DNA of 63,425 bases, the filler included. It is 13 parts of 13 records of this genome, joined end to end, with 100 filler letters (N's around TTAATTAATTAA, not from the genome) between each part and the next. Parts side by side here need not be neighbours in the genome. Positions count along the whole stretch, not along the records: positions 43,724 to 51,540 come from SRR15195285_2469; positions 51,641 to 55,573 come from SRR15195285_2471; positions 55,674 to 59,366 come from SRR15195285_2482; 10 more parts are not named here. One strand, 5' to 3'. The notes below the pieces were generated by a model. The model had not been told where the DNA came from. It saw only the letters and a list, made by a program, of their open reading frames with translations, and made no database searches. Position 1 is the first letter of the stretch. The number at the start of each line of letters is the position of its first letter. Below, in pieces: positions 43,811 through 55,924 of this stretch. Made by a program: the position numbers and the translations under genes.

Positions 43811-46090
43811 GCAGACCAACGGTGCATTTACAGGCATGCAAGCTTCCGGGCTCTATCGTGCTTGGCCAGGACTTTACCAATGCCGAACCGAGAACCAGTG
43901 CTCAGGGTGCTCGGACCCCCGCTTTCGCGGTTGGTAAGATTGTCCTTGGTACATATTCTACTTGTCCTATTGCCTCCCGTGACAATCTAAACGCTGTAGG
44001 TACGCCTCTGCGGCCTCTGGCGCGAAAGATGTCGTCATCGTGATCGATTCTTCGGGGAGCATGAAGACATCACATCGGATGGACCACGCGAAGATGGCAG
44101 CTTCGTGGATTATCAACACACTTTCCGAGACGGACTACGCGATGGTTGTCTCATTCAATTCCGAGTCTACATCCGAGGCTACTAACTTACTCCAGTACGC
44201 TCGCGCCAAGTTGCCGGGTTGATCGTTTGTCGTTTGCGCTCGCTTCTTACCTTGTTCCCTGTCCATATGAGTGTGAATCGACACATGTCCATACCCCGCG
44301 TATGTCTCATATACGCAATCTGATTTGACTGCCTTCTGGATGCAGAATGAACGCTCTGAATCGTGCACGGCTGAAGGATTTTGTCAGCACGCTTGAGCCA
44401 AGCGGTGGAACAGACTTCAAGGCTGGCTTTAGCATGGCGTTTGACATCCTCGATGAGGCTGAGAGGATGGGCGAGACTTCGAACTGCCAATCTGTGATCT
44501 TGTTCATGACGGACGGTGACGCTCCTGACCCGAGCACCATTGTTAACAGTCGCAACGGTGGTCCCTATCATTCGACCCACCCGAACACCGAAGCTGGTCG
44601 ATATACTCGGATCTTCACGTATGCGTTCGGCGAAGGTGCAGAGACGGGTTCAATGCGAAGTGTCGCGTGCGAGAATGGTGGTGTCTTTCATCAAATCACA
44701 GACGATGACGGCCCGCGTCTCAAGGAAATCATGGCCAACTACTTCGTACGTACACAGTAGTTTTCCCACTCTATTGGGAAACGTCACGGCCAAAGCGCAT
44801 ATTCAACGCCAAAGTGTGCTGGGGTATTCTAGACTACTACGACTTTTTTTGAGTAGGATTTTCTAATGTGCCTTTTCTGGCGCATGACCCTCGCTGCAGG
44901 TATATATGGCGTCTGGTCTTGTTAGCTGGGAATCTGATGCACTGCCTCCTGTGCGATGGGTTGACGACTGGGAGGACGGTCAAGGACGCGGGCACATGGC
45001 CGGGGCTTGCTCACCCACCTTCGACTTCAGTGACGGTAAAGAAACTTGTTGACATTTCGCCGACAAAGCCACGCATCCACCAGCTTCAATTGTACATCGA
45101 TTTGCAGATTTCACTTCCAAGCTATCTTGCAGATTTCTGAGCAACTGTTCGTGCCTGTTGCCGCGTGCAATTGCAGACCCTCCATTTTTACTTGGTGTGC
45201 ACTGCCTCAACATCAACTATGAAAAATTCGAGGAGCTACCCGGTTTTGACATGGCCATGGCGACCGCTCGCACGGACCGCCAGAAGTGTGAGGATGTCAG
45301 GCTCAGCTGGCAGCAGCTGGAAAATCTTCGCGGGAAATCTGCCTTCACATATACATGCGACCGCGGTCTCAGCGGGTCATCGCCAGGAACTCCCACGGGG
45401 GCAACCGATGACGACGAGTGCCCATGCTCGTACAGCAGAAAGATTGCGTCACAATTACCAGGATATGAAGATGTGTGGGACGAGGATACGTGTGAGCTTG
45501 ACGAGGGCGGTTCCTGCTGCAACATGTGGTTCTCGAATAAGGAATTTCCGGGCGAGTGCACTTTTGAGCCCAATTTTTGGTTCTGGGTTGTAGTGGTTCT
45601 TGGTGCAGTCGCCACGATGTGTTGCCTTGCAAAGCTCTATGAAAAATGCGATTTAAAAAGACGCTGGCATGGGAGAGCAGCTAGACGGCGGGAAGCTAGA
45701 CGGCAGGAAGCAGCTAGACGGCAGGAAGCTAAACGGCAGGAAGCTGAACGGCAGGAAGCTGAACGGAAGGAAGCTGAGGAGAGGGAGAGATTGGACAGAA
45801 GGCTGAAAGAAGCTGAACGGAAATCGAAAGAGGCGAAGATAAAGGAACTGGAACGGGAACAAGAGGAAGCCGCAAACCGTTCTCAACAAGAGGAAGCTGC
45901 AAGAGCTGCCCAAATGCAGTTTGCTATGGAGGGTATGGAGGGGGTTCCGCCAGATGGTCATGCCAAGGACACAGCAGTGCCAGTAGCGATGGTGGTCCCT
46001 GTTACGACAGCGATGGTGGTCCCTTCGATCCCTGTTGCGACGCTACAGGCACCAGCGTCGGCCTCTAACGTCGAGGCACACAATCCATGA
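43811..46090 (+). CDS. alpha2delta/CACHD1-like VWA type I membrane protein (5' truncated, multi-exon)
   Basis: GLYRAWPG..DPRFRGW|YASAASGAKDVVIVIDSSGSM (MIDAS), ILFMTDG, RIFTYAFG, VACENGG. TM FWFWVVVVLGAV, then RRQEA repeats. Four in-frame GT-AG introns. Confidence 0.85.
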
Positions 46091-46202
46091 GATAAGCCAA
46101 GCATGCTAATGGGTCGAGTAACGACGCAAACTCCATTCGTGATCAGTTTATGATCAGAAAATGATATTGACTACGGTACCTGTCATTACTCTAACACTGC
46201 AA

Positions 46203-49200
46203 CTAGGGTAGGGAGCCAGCGATAGACTCCACGACCCGTGTGTTGTCATTCGCTAGGTTCACTTGAATAATTTGGCTAGGTGGTGGGTGAACCATCTTCC
46301 TGGAAACAGCGTTGGCACCAAAGCGCACCTCCCTGAACACACGCGAGTGCGACTTTTGTTAAGCCACATCGATGTATCAAGGCAAGATGGCGCAAGCTAC
46401 ACGGAAGACGCCGTACATTTGGATCCTGGTGCCATTTGATAGCCTAATTTCAGAGACGCGAACAGAAGATTTCCCGCTGTTCGAGCATCAGTGTACACAC
46501 GCGCACACAAAGTACAGCAAACATGCAGCACATGCCGGGTGAACATCAGTGTCGAAAAGCAAATGACAAGATGCACTTCTCAATCTGACCTATTACGCGC
46601 GTCAAAAATGAGCCGGTTGTCATTTGCTGAGTAAGGGTGCCGCTGCCCATCGGGTCCGACGTGGCAGAATCCAAAAAGCGGTGGAGGCTGCCGGCCGATG
46701 GCCACTGTCGGTCTGCGTTGCGGCTCTCCGCTAGTGTGTTGTCTACTGGGGGTGCTGCTGCTGCCAGGCAGGATCCCTGCTTGTTGTCGATTGCGGAACC
46801 TTTTGATTCCACCTCGATTCGGATCAAAGGCTCCACGGTAGTAGCGGACTCGGTAGCGAGGGTCTGCGAAGATCGCAGCGGTGCTTGTCAGTGTAGCCAA
46901 ACAAAAAGCAAGCGGACGGATACTCACAAGCCCGCCCATTCTCATAGACAATCCAGACTTGAGACCTTGGGCAGGTGGCATTCTTAACCCAGGTTCCATC
47001 AGGTTGTCGCTGGTCGGTCTGCGTGTAGCCACGCACAGTATTGCATTTGAAATTTCCCCGCATCGCAGGGCTCCTGGTGCACTTGTCCACGCCATCTTTG
47101 GTCTTTACAACACCTACTGCACTGCAGCCGTCGATTGTCGGAGGTGTCTTAAGCTCGTGACAAGTTTGCTGCATTTCTTGGCTATCGTCCCTGTCCATCT
47201 CGATCGTGTTTCCAATTAGGAGACTCACCAACATCATCTCGCACTCGTCATATTGCATGCCCTTACTTGCCCCACCGTCCTGCAGGGTGCTGGCCTTCGT
47301 TGCATAATTGTGGCTATATCCAGCTGTTTCTGCAATGCGCCATCACAGCCACAGTTGTCACACTCTCCAGTGAGTCACCGACAACGAGGTTCATTACAGG
47401 ACAAGCGAATGGAGCCGGACGTACCCGCGAAATACAATCCGCGACCCCATTGGCCCTGGCTTGCAAACTGCATCCTATCAACCAGACATAGATCAAGAGT
47501 AAGGCAGAGCGTTCGAGTGAGCCAGGCAGACAGGCAGCAAATATGATCTGAACTGTGCTTGTTGCTCACATGAAGCCATCCTGGCGATCTAGGTAGATAT
47601 TTGAACAGTCGAATGCACCTGTCCCATGCCAACCGAGCACCTCTTTGATCTTCCCATCCTGACCAAAAGCGTTCGGTGCTTTTGGGGCTGGACCACCGCT
47701 TCGTGGAACAGGTCCATTGCTCTTTTGCAGCCGCTTTTTCTGGCTCTCGAAGTATGTGTATAAATCTGGGTTTTGGATTCTGTGCAGCTCAGTGATCCAT
47801 GCATCGCGCATGCCCTGTGGATTGGACGAACGGTTAGTTTTCGGGTCGACGCGCGCAAATTCAGCATTCGGGGCGCGCGTCAGATACTCGTACACGTCCC
47901 AGAATTCGGCTTCGCTCTCATGCACTCGTATCAGACCATCCTTCGGCAACTGCACTATCCGCTTGCCGTTGGGGGCGGTATCGTCGTCTAGCTCCACAGC
48001 ATTGCGTGGATCGAGCTCCCATTCTTCAGGATAGCTTATGTTCTGCTTCTCGAGCTCCATACTGGCCGCTTGAGCTTCCAGAGCCGCTGCCATTGTTTCT
48101 TGGGCCCGTTTCGCAGCATCCTCACGCTTCCGTGCGTTCTTTCTCTTTGAATATCGCCGCTTGAGCATAGCACCAGCGACAAAGCAGACCAGTATGGCAG
48201 CAAAAACAGCGTAGATCCTATAGGACTTCTCGACGATCCGCCCACCACATCCACATGCACACTGTGCATCAGGGCACTCACACGCACCCTCCACTGTGCA
48301 TTCGCCGCCCGCCAGTTCACAATCACATGAGCCTAGGTCGCCGGCGCATTCATCATCTAAACCTTGCACTGGGCACACGGCGATTGCGTGCCAGATCATT
48401 GAGACCCCACGGCGTCCAGCAGAAGCCACTCCAGAAGACGTGGTGACATCATTGCGGTCAGTTTGGATATGTACATCGAGTGGAGTGGTCGTCTGGATGT
48501 CAATGTGGGCACGCACAGGGCACATCTCGTCAATGCATTCTCCCGTCTGCCAAGAGTGGCTACATTCCGAACTCCTTGAACACGCTTGATTTCTGAGCAC
48601 GACAACGGTGGTATCGTAGCTTATAGCAACACGGTCTCCCGCATTTGCAGGTTCCAAGTCGAAAGTGTTAATCAGCAGCCGAGTGCCGACGTGCGTTCCT
48701 GCTGACAGCGTCGCGGTCTCAAAGCGACAGTCTGTCATGGCGGGAATCGAGATCGTGTCAGCATTACTTTGGATCAAGCCGGCGGTCTTTCCTGGGTATC
48801 GCAGAGGTCCTGGGGAGCAAGTGGGTGTGGCACAGTCTATACCTGCCCAGCCCGGGTTGCAAACGCATCTTGCCTGAGTGGCAACATCTTCACATTGGCC
48901 AGAGGCTGTAGAGCATTGTGCTGCACAGACAAACGACCTGGTGGTGTAATCCGCAGTGAAGCCACTCCTCCTGCCCTTGTCATCAGTAGTGTAGTACAGA
49001 CTTGCCACACCGTTAATGGAGGGAACGACGACTGTCCTAATTTTGTGTCCTGTTAGTCTAGAGTACACCTCTGCGTTTGTACCTGTTCCTGCTCTCACTT
49101 CTAGCCAGTCAAATGTGTCCTCCAGGTCAACCTCAATGTTGAATACTACGATGGTTTCGAACGTATGGACTTCAAACAGACAAGACGCCGAGTTCGCGTA

Positions 49201-51148
49201 GCGATGTGTACTCTCCAATGAGCTAGCAGCTGATCTAAATGTGCCACTCGGAGTGCTTGATATCACCTTGCCCATGCAACCCGCAAGTGAACAATCGGCT
49301 CCCGTCCAGCCAGTATCGCACTCACACAAACTTCGTGGATGGCCGAAGAGCGACTTCTCAATACACCTCCCATGGCCGGAGCAACTCACGTGATTGGTAC
49401 AGCCTGGATGGGATCGATTGAAGCTGAGCTCCCATCTACACACCACGTTGATTCAGTTCAAGAACGAAAAGTGAATGATGGTCCACACGATAGTGGTCCA
49501 CACGAGATGCGTGGGAAAGAAGGGGGTCTCACCCATCGCCTTGAGGCAAATTGTAACACTCCTCTGTGTTTGAATCCGTGACGAACTCGACGAGAATGGA
49601 GCCGGCAGATCGGAGTGGTGGAATCTCTGGATCAATCCCTTGCAACTGTGCAAGGAGTGGACCTGTTGGCTCCCCGTAATCGTTGACTGTATCTCCTTCG
49701 TACAGGCGGACAAAGTCCCCAGACCACACGCGAAACGATGTGAACGTAACTTCGACTAGATTTGCATTCCCCGTGGCTGCAGGAATCCTAAAAATGCAGT
49801 GCATGTTGTTCTCGTACGAGGCGCCGACCACACCTACCGGCACCGTAGGTTTGTCTGTGAGCGAGCCTGTGACATCGTTGCCAAATGGATTTATGAAACG
49901 AAGATCGCCAGTGCGGGGGTCGCAGCTACCCATTTCGCTCGAGCCGATGAGCCTCGGTATCGTCGTGGTGCCCGTGCCAGCCAATGTGTCGAGGGTGACA
50001 GAGTGCATGCCACTGGCAGCAAAAAGCACGCTAGAGTCGATCATCTCTTCGAAGAAATGTGCCGTGTTTGTGGAGGATGGGTAATGCTTGCCTGACGGCA
50101 CTATCGCAGCAAGACCCTTTTGTTCCATGAAGAACGCCGACGTAGCCCCGATTGCATCGGCAAGTCCGCTGATAGGCCGTGTCTCGTAATGATCGCAGGA
50201 CTCTGGATGAGCGAGGTAATGGCAACCCAGTTGCGTTTGGGTGGAGTAGAAATTCTTGCTAGCCATGTCTTTATGCAGGTCTGACCTAAGCTCCATCGTC
50301 GACGTCAGCTCTCGAGGTCGAGAAGAGGAAAGAAACTGCAAGATCGAGGCCAAGAATGTCGCATTTCCAGGTTGGCTTGCGTCCCATGCTGCGTCGGCGG
50401 CCAGCCAGCTATCATCTAGCAGCATTTTCACCCGGGCGATATGCTCCAACAACCCAGGGTGACTGGCGGAGAAATTTTCGTGCGCCGCGATAACAATGAA
50501 CGTTTCCTCGCCCCAGCTTTTCAAGTCGCCCGAGTCGACTATGACTGTCCCGCCAGTGGCCTTTAGGTGGAGAAAACCTTCGCCCCAGACGTATGCGCCA
50601 TCGATAGCTTCTGCGTCCCAAGCCGCAACCAAGGCCGCCGGCGACATATTGACCAACGTTACGCACGAGAAATCTCGTTCAGAGGGACACGCCGTGTGCT
50701 GGCAGATAGACAGTTGCAGCTTGTCGAGCAGGAAGAGCAGGTGGTAGTGGGCCGTTGAGCCGAAAGGGCTGGCTAGACACTCCCCCAACATCTCGAGTGG
50801 CCCATGCGTTTCGCGGACGGCCAGGCCTTGGCTCGATCCGTGCCCGTGTGCCATTTGGAAGGTGGTCGCACGCACGCCGCGCGAGTTGGAGATGGCAGCC
50901 GGTGTGGAGCCAAGCAGCGAGACATCGAGGTCGCCCTGGTCGAGCCTGGAGACGGCGTAACTACCCGAGGACTGTGGGTAGCATCCCACCTCGTATTCGT
51001 CGGTATCTAGCCAGTGGCGTGCGCAGGCCACAGCGAATGGCATCGACTCCGAGAAGTAGCCGAGGCGCACCAATGTCTTCTGCGCCGCTGATTCTCGGCC
51101 CTGTAGCAGCACCAATTGCGCAGCTGCAATGCTAAGGCCAGTGCGCAT
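46203..51148 (-). CDS. Type I membrane protein: TauA-like solute-binding domain, CUB/EGF repeats, TM, PARP-type ART domain, WWE (about 1465 aa, 7 exons)
   Basis: Exons 51148-49533, 49435-47570, 47474-47425, 47329-46928, 46863-46590, 46476-46417 and 46332-46203 total 4398 nt, all GT-AG and in frame. ART motifs RIQNPDLY, WHGT, GRGLYFAE..YS.NYA, VWIVYENGRAYP.Y. Confidence 0.85.
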
Positions 51149-52051
51149 CACACTCCGCACACAACGCAACCCAGGTCTGAGCTAGCCCGACGCACCCGAT
51201 ACGCGAGCCCAGTAGTGTACACACGCTAGCGCCGTGGCGTCGCGGGCGCGCGTACACAACCGCGCCACGCGTACGACGCGCGTATAATCGTGTATGCGCA
51301 AACGAGCCAACGCCGATTTGATGGCATGCGCATGCACGCTGTGGTTCACGCGCTGTGGCTCGCCGGATCAAACTGCGGGAAATGGAAGTCATAATGGACA
51401 ATCCGGCGCTTGGGCGCGATTCAGTGATTTTCGAGTCATTCTTTCGTACAAAGTTATGATCGAGTGGCCTGATCCGAAAACCTCAGAAATAACATTAATA
51501 TAACAGTAATAAGTAGATACACAGAGAGAGTTGCCAGCCCNNNNNNNNNNNNNNNNNNNNNNNNNNNNNNNNNNNNNNNNNNNNTTAATTAATTAANNNN
51601 NNNNNNNNNNNNNNNNNNNNNNNNNNNNNNNNNNNNNNNNCTCGCGCGAGTTGCCGCCGGATTTGGTGCAGTTTTTTCGCTTGATGAACAACTTGTCGCT
51701 TGCCAAGGAAGCGGCTGATGCAGGACGAAACGAATCTGCGGGGAGGAGCGTGTCCACTGACGGAAGCTTTGTATAGGCTTCATTGTTGCCGTAGCATACT
51801 GGTAGCACATCAGGCTGAGGTATTATTAGCCGGTAAAGTCAATGTTGATAGCTGTCATCCACTTCGCATTCATCAGGATAACTGGTGGTGCATGCGGGGG
51901 AGGTTACTGAACCACAATCGGTGGTGATTCGTCATCAAAAGAGTACAATAACAACAACGCGATACAACTGACCGCAAGCGGACAACCCCTATGCATCGTG
52001 AACACAAAGGGCATGAGCCCCCTCCCCCCCCCCGCCCTCTTCTCCCTCTCT

Positions 52052-53370
52052 CTACGCGAAGTCACGGTCGGGGAAGAGCGGCGGCGCCACCATCGCCCAG
52101 ATGTAGATCACGTAACAGAGCCAACTCGAGACAATTTTGAGCCACACGGAGAGCGTCGAATCCGTAAGGTTAATATCTCTTTCGGCTTGTCCCTCAGGTG
52201 TTTCGCTGACAATCTCGCCCCACCTCGTCAGCAGCATAGCGCAGTAGCACGCAGCCAGCGCAAACATGACGTGAAACTGTGTGTACGAGTACGTCACGCC
52301 GCCCTCCGCCTCTGACTCGTCGTCGGCCTTCTCGCCGGTCTCCTCCCCATTCTCGTTGACCGGGGCGGCCAGCAGTGGGGCCTCGGTGTCGCCGCTGTCC
52401 ATCGGTGAGGCGAAGAACGTGTTTGAACCGCTACGGATCGCGGTCCAGAGGATGGAGACGAAAACAAAGAACAGGCCCACCGTCTTCATCCAGCCGGAAC
52501 CGTGTTCGATCCCCAAGACGTGACAGTTCATGCCCCATTTGTCATCATCTGCCGCGGGGCTGTTAATCATTGCCGAAAAAACCAGGTAGCATGCGTAGGC
52601 CGAAACGATGCCCGACTGGAATACTCCGTTTCTGTGCCCGGCACCGTTCGGAGCGTCGCGAACGAAGTTCGAGATCGAGCACGCGGAAACGATCAGCATG
52701 AAGATCATGTTGATCAGGCCTGCCATGACGCCGATCCAGCAGCCTTCTTCGTGGTTGTTGTTCACGAGCACGATTGCCACGAACGTGAAGATGCAGAAGC
52801 CGTACGAGCCAAGGCACAGCAACATCGTCAGCCAGTTCCACCAGATGATGGGTCTGCCGAAGCAGGCGGCCTCGCAGCACGCGCTGTCGCCGTTCTCTTC
52901 GTCTTCGCCCAGCTGGAGTAGGTCTTCGTACATGTCGAAGCTGAAGGCGCAGAGGTACATAAGCTGGAGGAAAATGAACAGGAACGCGCCCGCCTTGAAC
53001 CACTCTCCCACGTCGATGACAAGCTCCCCGGGCAGGAAAAACATCGCGATAACGAGCCCCAGGAACAGCGGGATCTTCACGCACCAGAGCTCGTTCTGGA
53101 GCTTGGATCGCACGTCCGACGTGCTGCGCACGCCGCACAGGCAGCACGCGAGGACGGAGTGGAAAACGAACACGCCCATCATGACGCGGTACACCGCCAA
53201 CGCGCCAACTGTCTGTAATGGTACCTGTGGCACCTGCCCTTCGACCAGTCCGCCCCACCAGCGGTCGCTCAACGCTCCCTTGATCCCCGTTGCTACGCTG
53301 TCCGTCAACATGAGGGCCGACGCCAAGATCGCGATGAACAGCAGGATGGCATACACCATGCGCGTCGCTG
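52052..53370 (-). CDS. SERINC: Serine incorporator (Serinc/TDE/TMS) family membrane protein, N-terminus unresolved
   Basis: TRMVYA, GALAVYRV, RSKLQNELWCVK, GAFLFIFLQL, YSYTQFHVMFALA..Y.AMLLTRW, WLKIVSSW...APPLFPDRDFA. Confidence 0.92.
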
Positions 53371-55109
53371 CGATGAAATACACACACCAAGCAGGCACAC
53401 AAGAGTGGGTTGTCGTAGAAGCCGCCCGTGTACCCAAGCACGCATGCGACTACAACTACTAACGCAAGCGGTGCGGCGATAGTGTACGGCAGGCTGACAA
53501 TACCAGCAAGCCTACTTCGCTTTGACCGGTTGACGGACTGTAGCTGATCGTCGGCCATGGTATGCTGCAGACCATAGTCGGGATTGCCAGTTGCCACTTG
53601 TAGGAGCTGGCGTTTGCCTGATGCGCGGGACTCCGAAGGGACAATTTGTGGCGCCACGCGGGACTTCGAATCCACAAGCGAAAAGGTGACACACGCAGGC
53701 TGTGTGCCTGCGGGCGCTCCAAACTTCAGCAAAATCTGGAGGCACACTCCACATGGACTAGCGCGTGCGCAGATTTGACCCACTTCCGCAGCACTAGACC
53801 TCTGCCGGATCATGTGATTGCGAAACTTCGAAGAGCAATCGCCACAGTATGGATGCCCACTATAGCCGAACTTTCGCCTGTGCAGACAAAAGCAATGCCG
53901 TTAGCTCACGATTCATTCACGACTGAAACTGATCGGGCGATTCAAGTTTCTGATTGCCACAGCAGGAAACGCAGGGCACACAATCGGCCAAACGATCTGC
54001 TTGTCTCACCAGAACTTCCCGAGGCTGCGCCTCTCACAAGACTTGGCACAGTACGGGCAAGATGCCATTTCCTCCTTTTGGGAACCGCGGGCTTCCTCCT
54101 GTGGCCGTGGCCGTGATGATGCGCACTCATCTATGCGAGCATATGCCTCCTGGTGGGTGCAGGCAAAGTGGCTGAGCACCGCGGTGCAGGTGCTGCAAGG
54201 TCCGTCCCGATAACACCTCTCCACGGAGACGGTTCGCTTGATCATGTGGGCACGAAAGACGGATGCACAACGCGAGCAATACGGTGGCCCACCGTAGCCG
54301 AACTTTCCCCAGTGGAATCCGAGGCGATGGTGACCCTCGCAATCCCGCTGGCACAGCGGACACGTAATTGTCTCGTCGGCGGCGCCGATGTTCATCGCAA
54401 GGCCCACGGCGGGATTCGTTGCGTGGATGGTGCGCGGGCCACTTTGACTTGGGCCGTACGTCGGATGGTGGCTCGGCTCGATCGTGATCAAGTGGTCGCA
54501 GCGAGCGGTGACAGCAGTTGGCAGCGAGCTGGGCGGCCGAGCTGCCAGCGTCTGGCAGATGCGTCCTTGCTGTGCGTGCTGCAAGGTCGTTCGTGCAGCA
54601 ACTGGTGGATCAACCGCGACCATGTCCGTACCGACCGCTGTTCTCCCACTCAGTACAGAAATGCCACAGGGGTCCCTGGGGTTGGCGGTGTTCGACTCGT
54701 CAATAGCCTCGCTTTTCAGCGCCAACGCAGACGCGTCCCACGCAAGCGATGGTGCGGGAACTCCAGAGCTTGATGCCCAGTACGCTGCCCCCCCGAGCGT
54801 AGGTGCCGCCGCACCGCCAGAGGGTGCCGTACGTCTGCTCATGGGAAGGTCAAGCTCCCACGGACTCTCAGAACCGTCCAGCCACTCACTTGCGTCTGTT
54901 TCTGAAGTCCCACCCGCGGCGAGGATGGAAAAGCGATCCGCATCGCCTCCACTATTAGTACCCATCGTCGACCACCCAGCAGAATCGTTGCAATCGAGCA
55001 CTGCTGGATCGCCAGCGTCGCCTGGCCTCGACGACGGCCCCCAAAAATTGTTTTCAATGGCACACCACATTGTGTCTGGATCACCGGGCGGAGTGTCACG
55101 CGCTTCCAT
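53371..55109 (-). CDS. Tandem Cys/His Zn-finger protein with basic motif and TM segment (3' end unresolved)
   Basis: Intron 53878-54009 joins ORF 54006..55109 in frame to ORF 52563..53813. Two copies of CxxCxxxC...WxKFGYxGxPYCxxCxSxFRxHMI...CxRxxPCxxC, then KRSR and LALVVVVACVLG. Confidence 0.7.
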
Positions 55110-55924
55110 TAGAGCTCACGCGCTCCAACTAGAGCTGCAGCCAGCACCCCCGGGGGCCCGGGCCGGGCCGCGGCGGGCGCAGGGCGATGACCTGGCGTGC
55201 GGGACTCCTACACTGCTACTCCTACTGCGCGAACCAACAGCAACACGCTCTCGGTGCGCCGTGTACACGGTGTTGTGGCGGGTGCTGCCCAAGCCGCATT
55301 CGCACTGCAAAGTGCAATATTCAATACCGGTACCGGTACCGGTAATTCGAATTATCACGCCCGTCGACTGCGTCATGCGTGACGTCTGACGAACCGCCGC
55401 TGGGATCCTTGGCTCGAACGATGCGCCGCGGCACGGGCCCCGCGCCGCAGACACGCGAATTGGTTTTGGAACTTTCCGCGCCGCTCCAAGACAATGTCTA
55501 CTAGATCTAGTACCGGTACACGTTCCCAGCCGACCGCCGACCCCCGAAATCGGCTGTCAGCACAAACTCAGATNNNNNNNNNNNNNNNNNNNNNNNNNNN
55601 NNNNNNNNNNNNNNNNNTTAATTAATTAANNNNNNNNNNNNNNNNNNNNNNNNNNNNNNNNNNNNNNNNNNNNCCGGCGCGTTGAACGGAAGTGTCGACT
55701 CATCCAGATGGAGCGCAGGAGCGGTGAAGAAGGACGGACAATTCGGACAAATGCGACGATGACGGATGTTCGTGTTGCATCATCGATCATGCAGTCGAAT
55801 CAGATGCGGCATGAGCCGGCCGGCGCGGCCCGCGCGCGCCTCCGTACCGAGTTTACGTAGGACCCGCGCGCGGCGCCGGCGCCGCGGGCGGCGTACGTAC
55901 AGTACCACCCGGGCTGCTTGGGCG

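Noticed and set aside
47566-47568. TGA or other stops at ORF ends inside conserved domains as selenocysteine or readthrough (also 49529, 54006, 11915, 16617)
   Set aside because: Each stop falls in a GTGAG or GTAAG splice donor, and splicing restores the frame.
47330-47569. Two 95-nt introns in the ART domain as another twin-intron pair
   Set aside because: They share length but show no sequence similarity.
13680-51540. A signalling cluster (two PI3Ks, Patched, channel, alpha2delta-like protein, receptor-ART)
   Set aside because: The genes lie on different contigs, so their order in the window is arbitrary. Only the alpha2delta-like and receptor-ART genes are physically linked.
52608-53462. 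Long antisense ORFs (also 54484-55389, 5124-5789, 29476-30114, 11951-12535)
   Set aside because: They are shadows of GC-rich coding sequence on the opposite strand and show no motifs.
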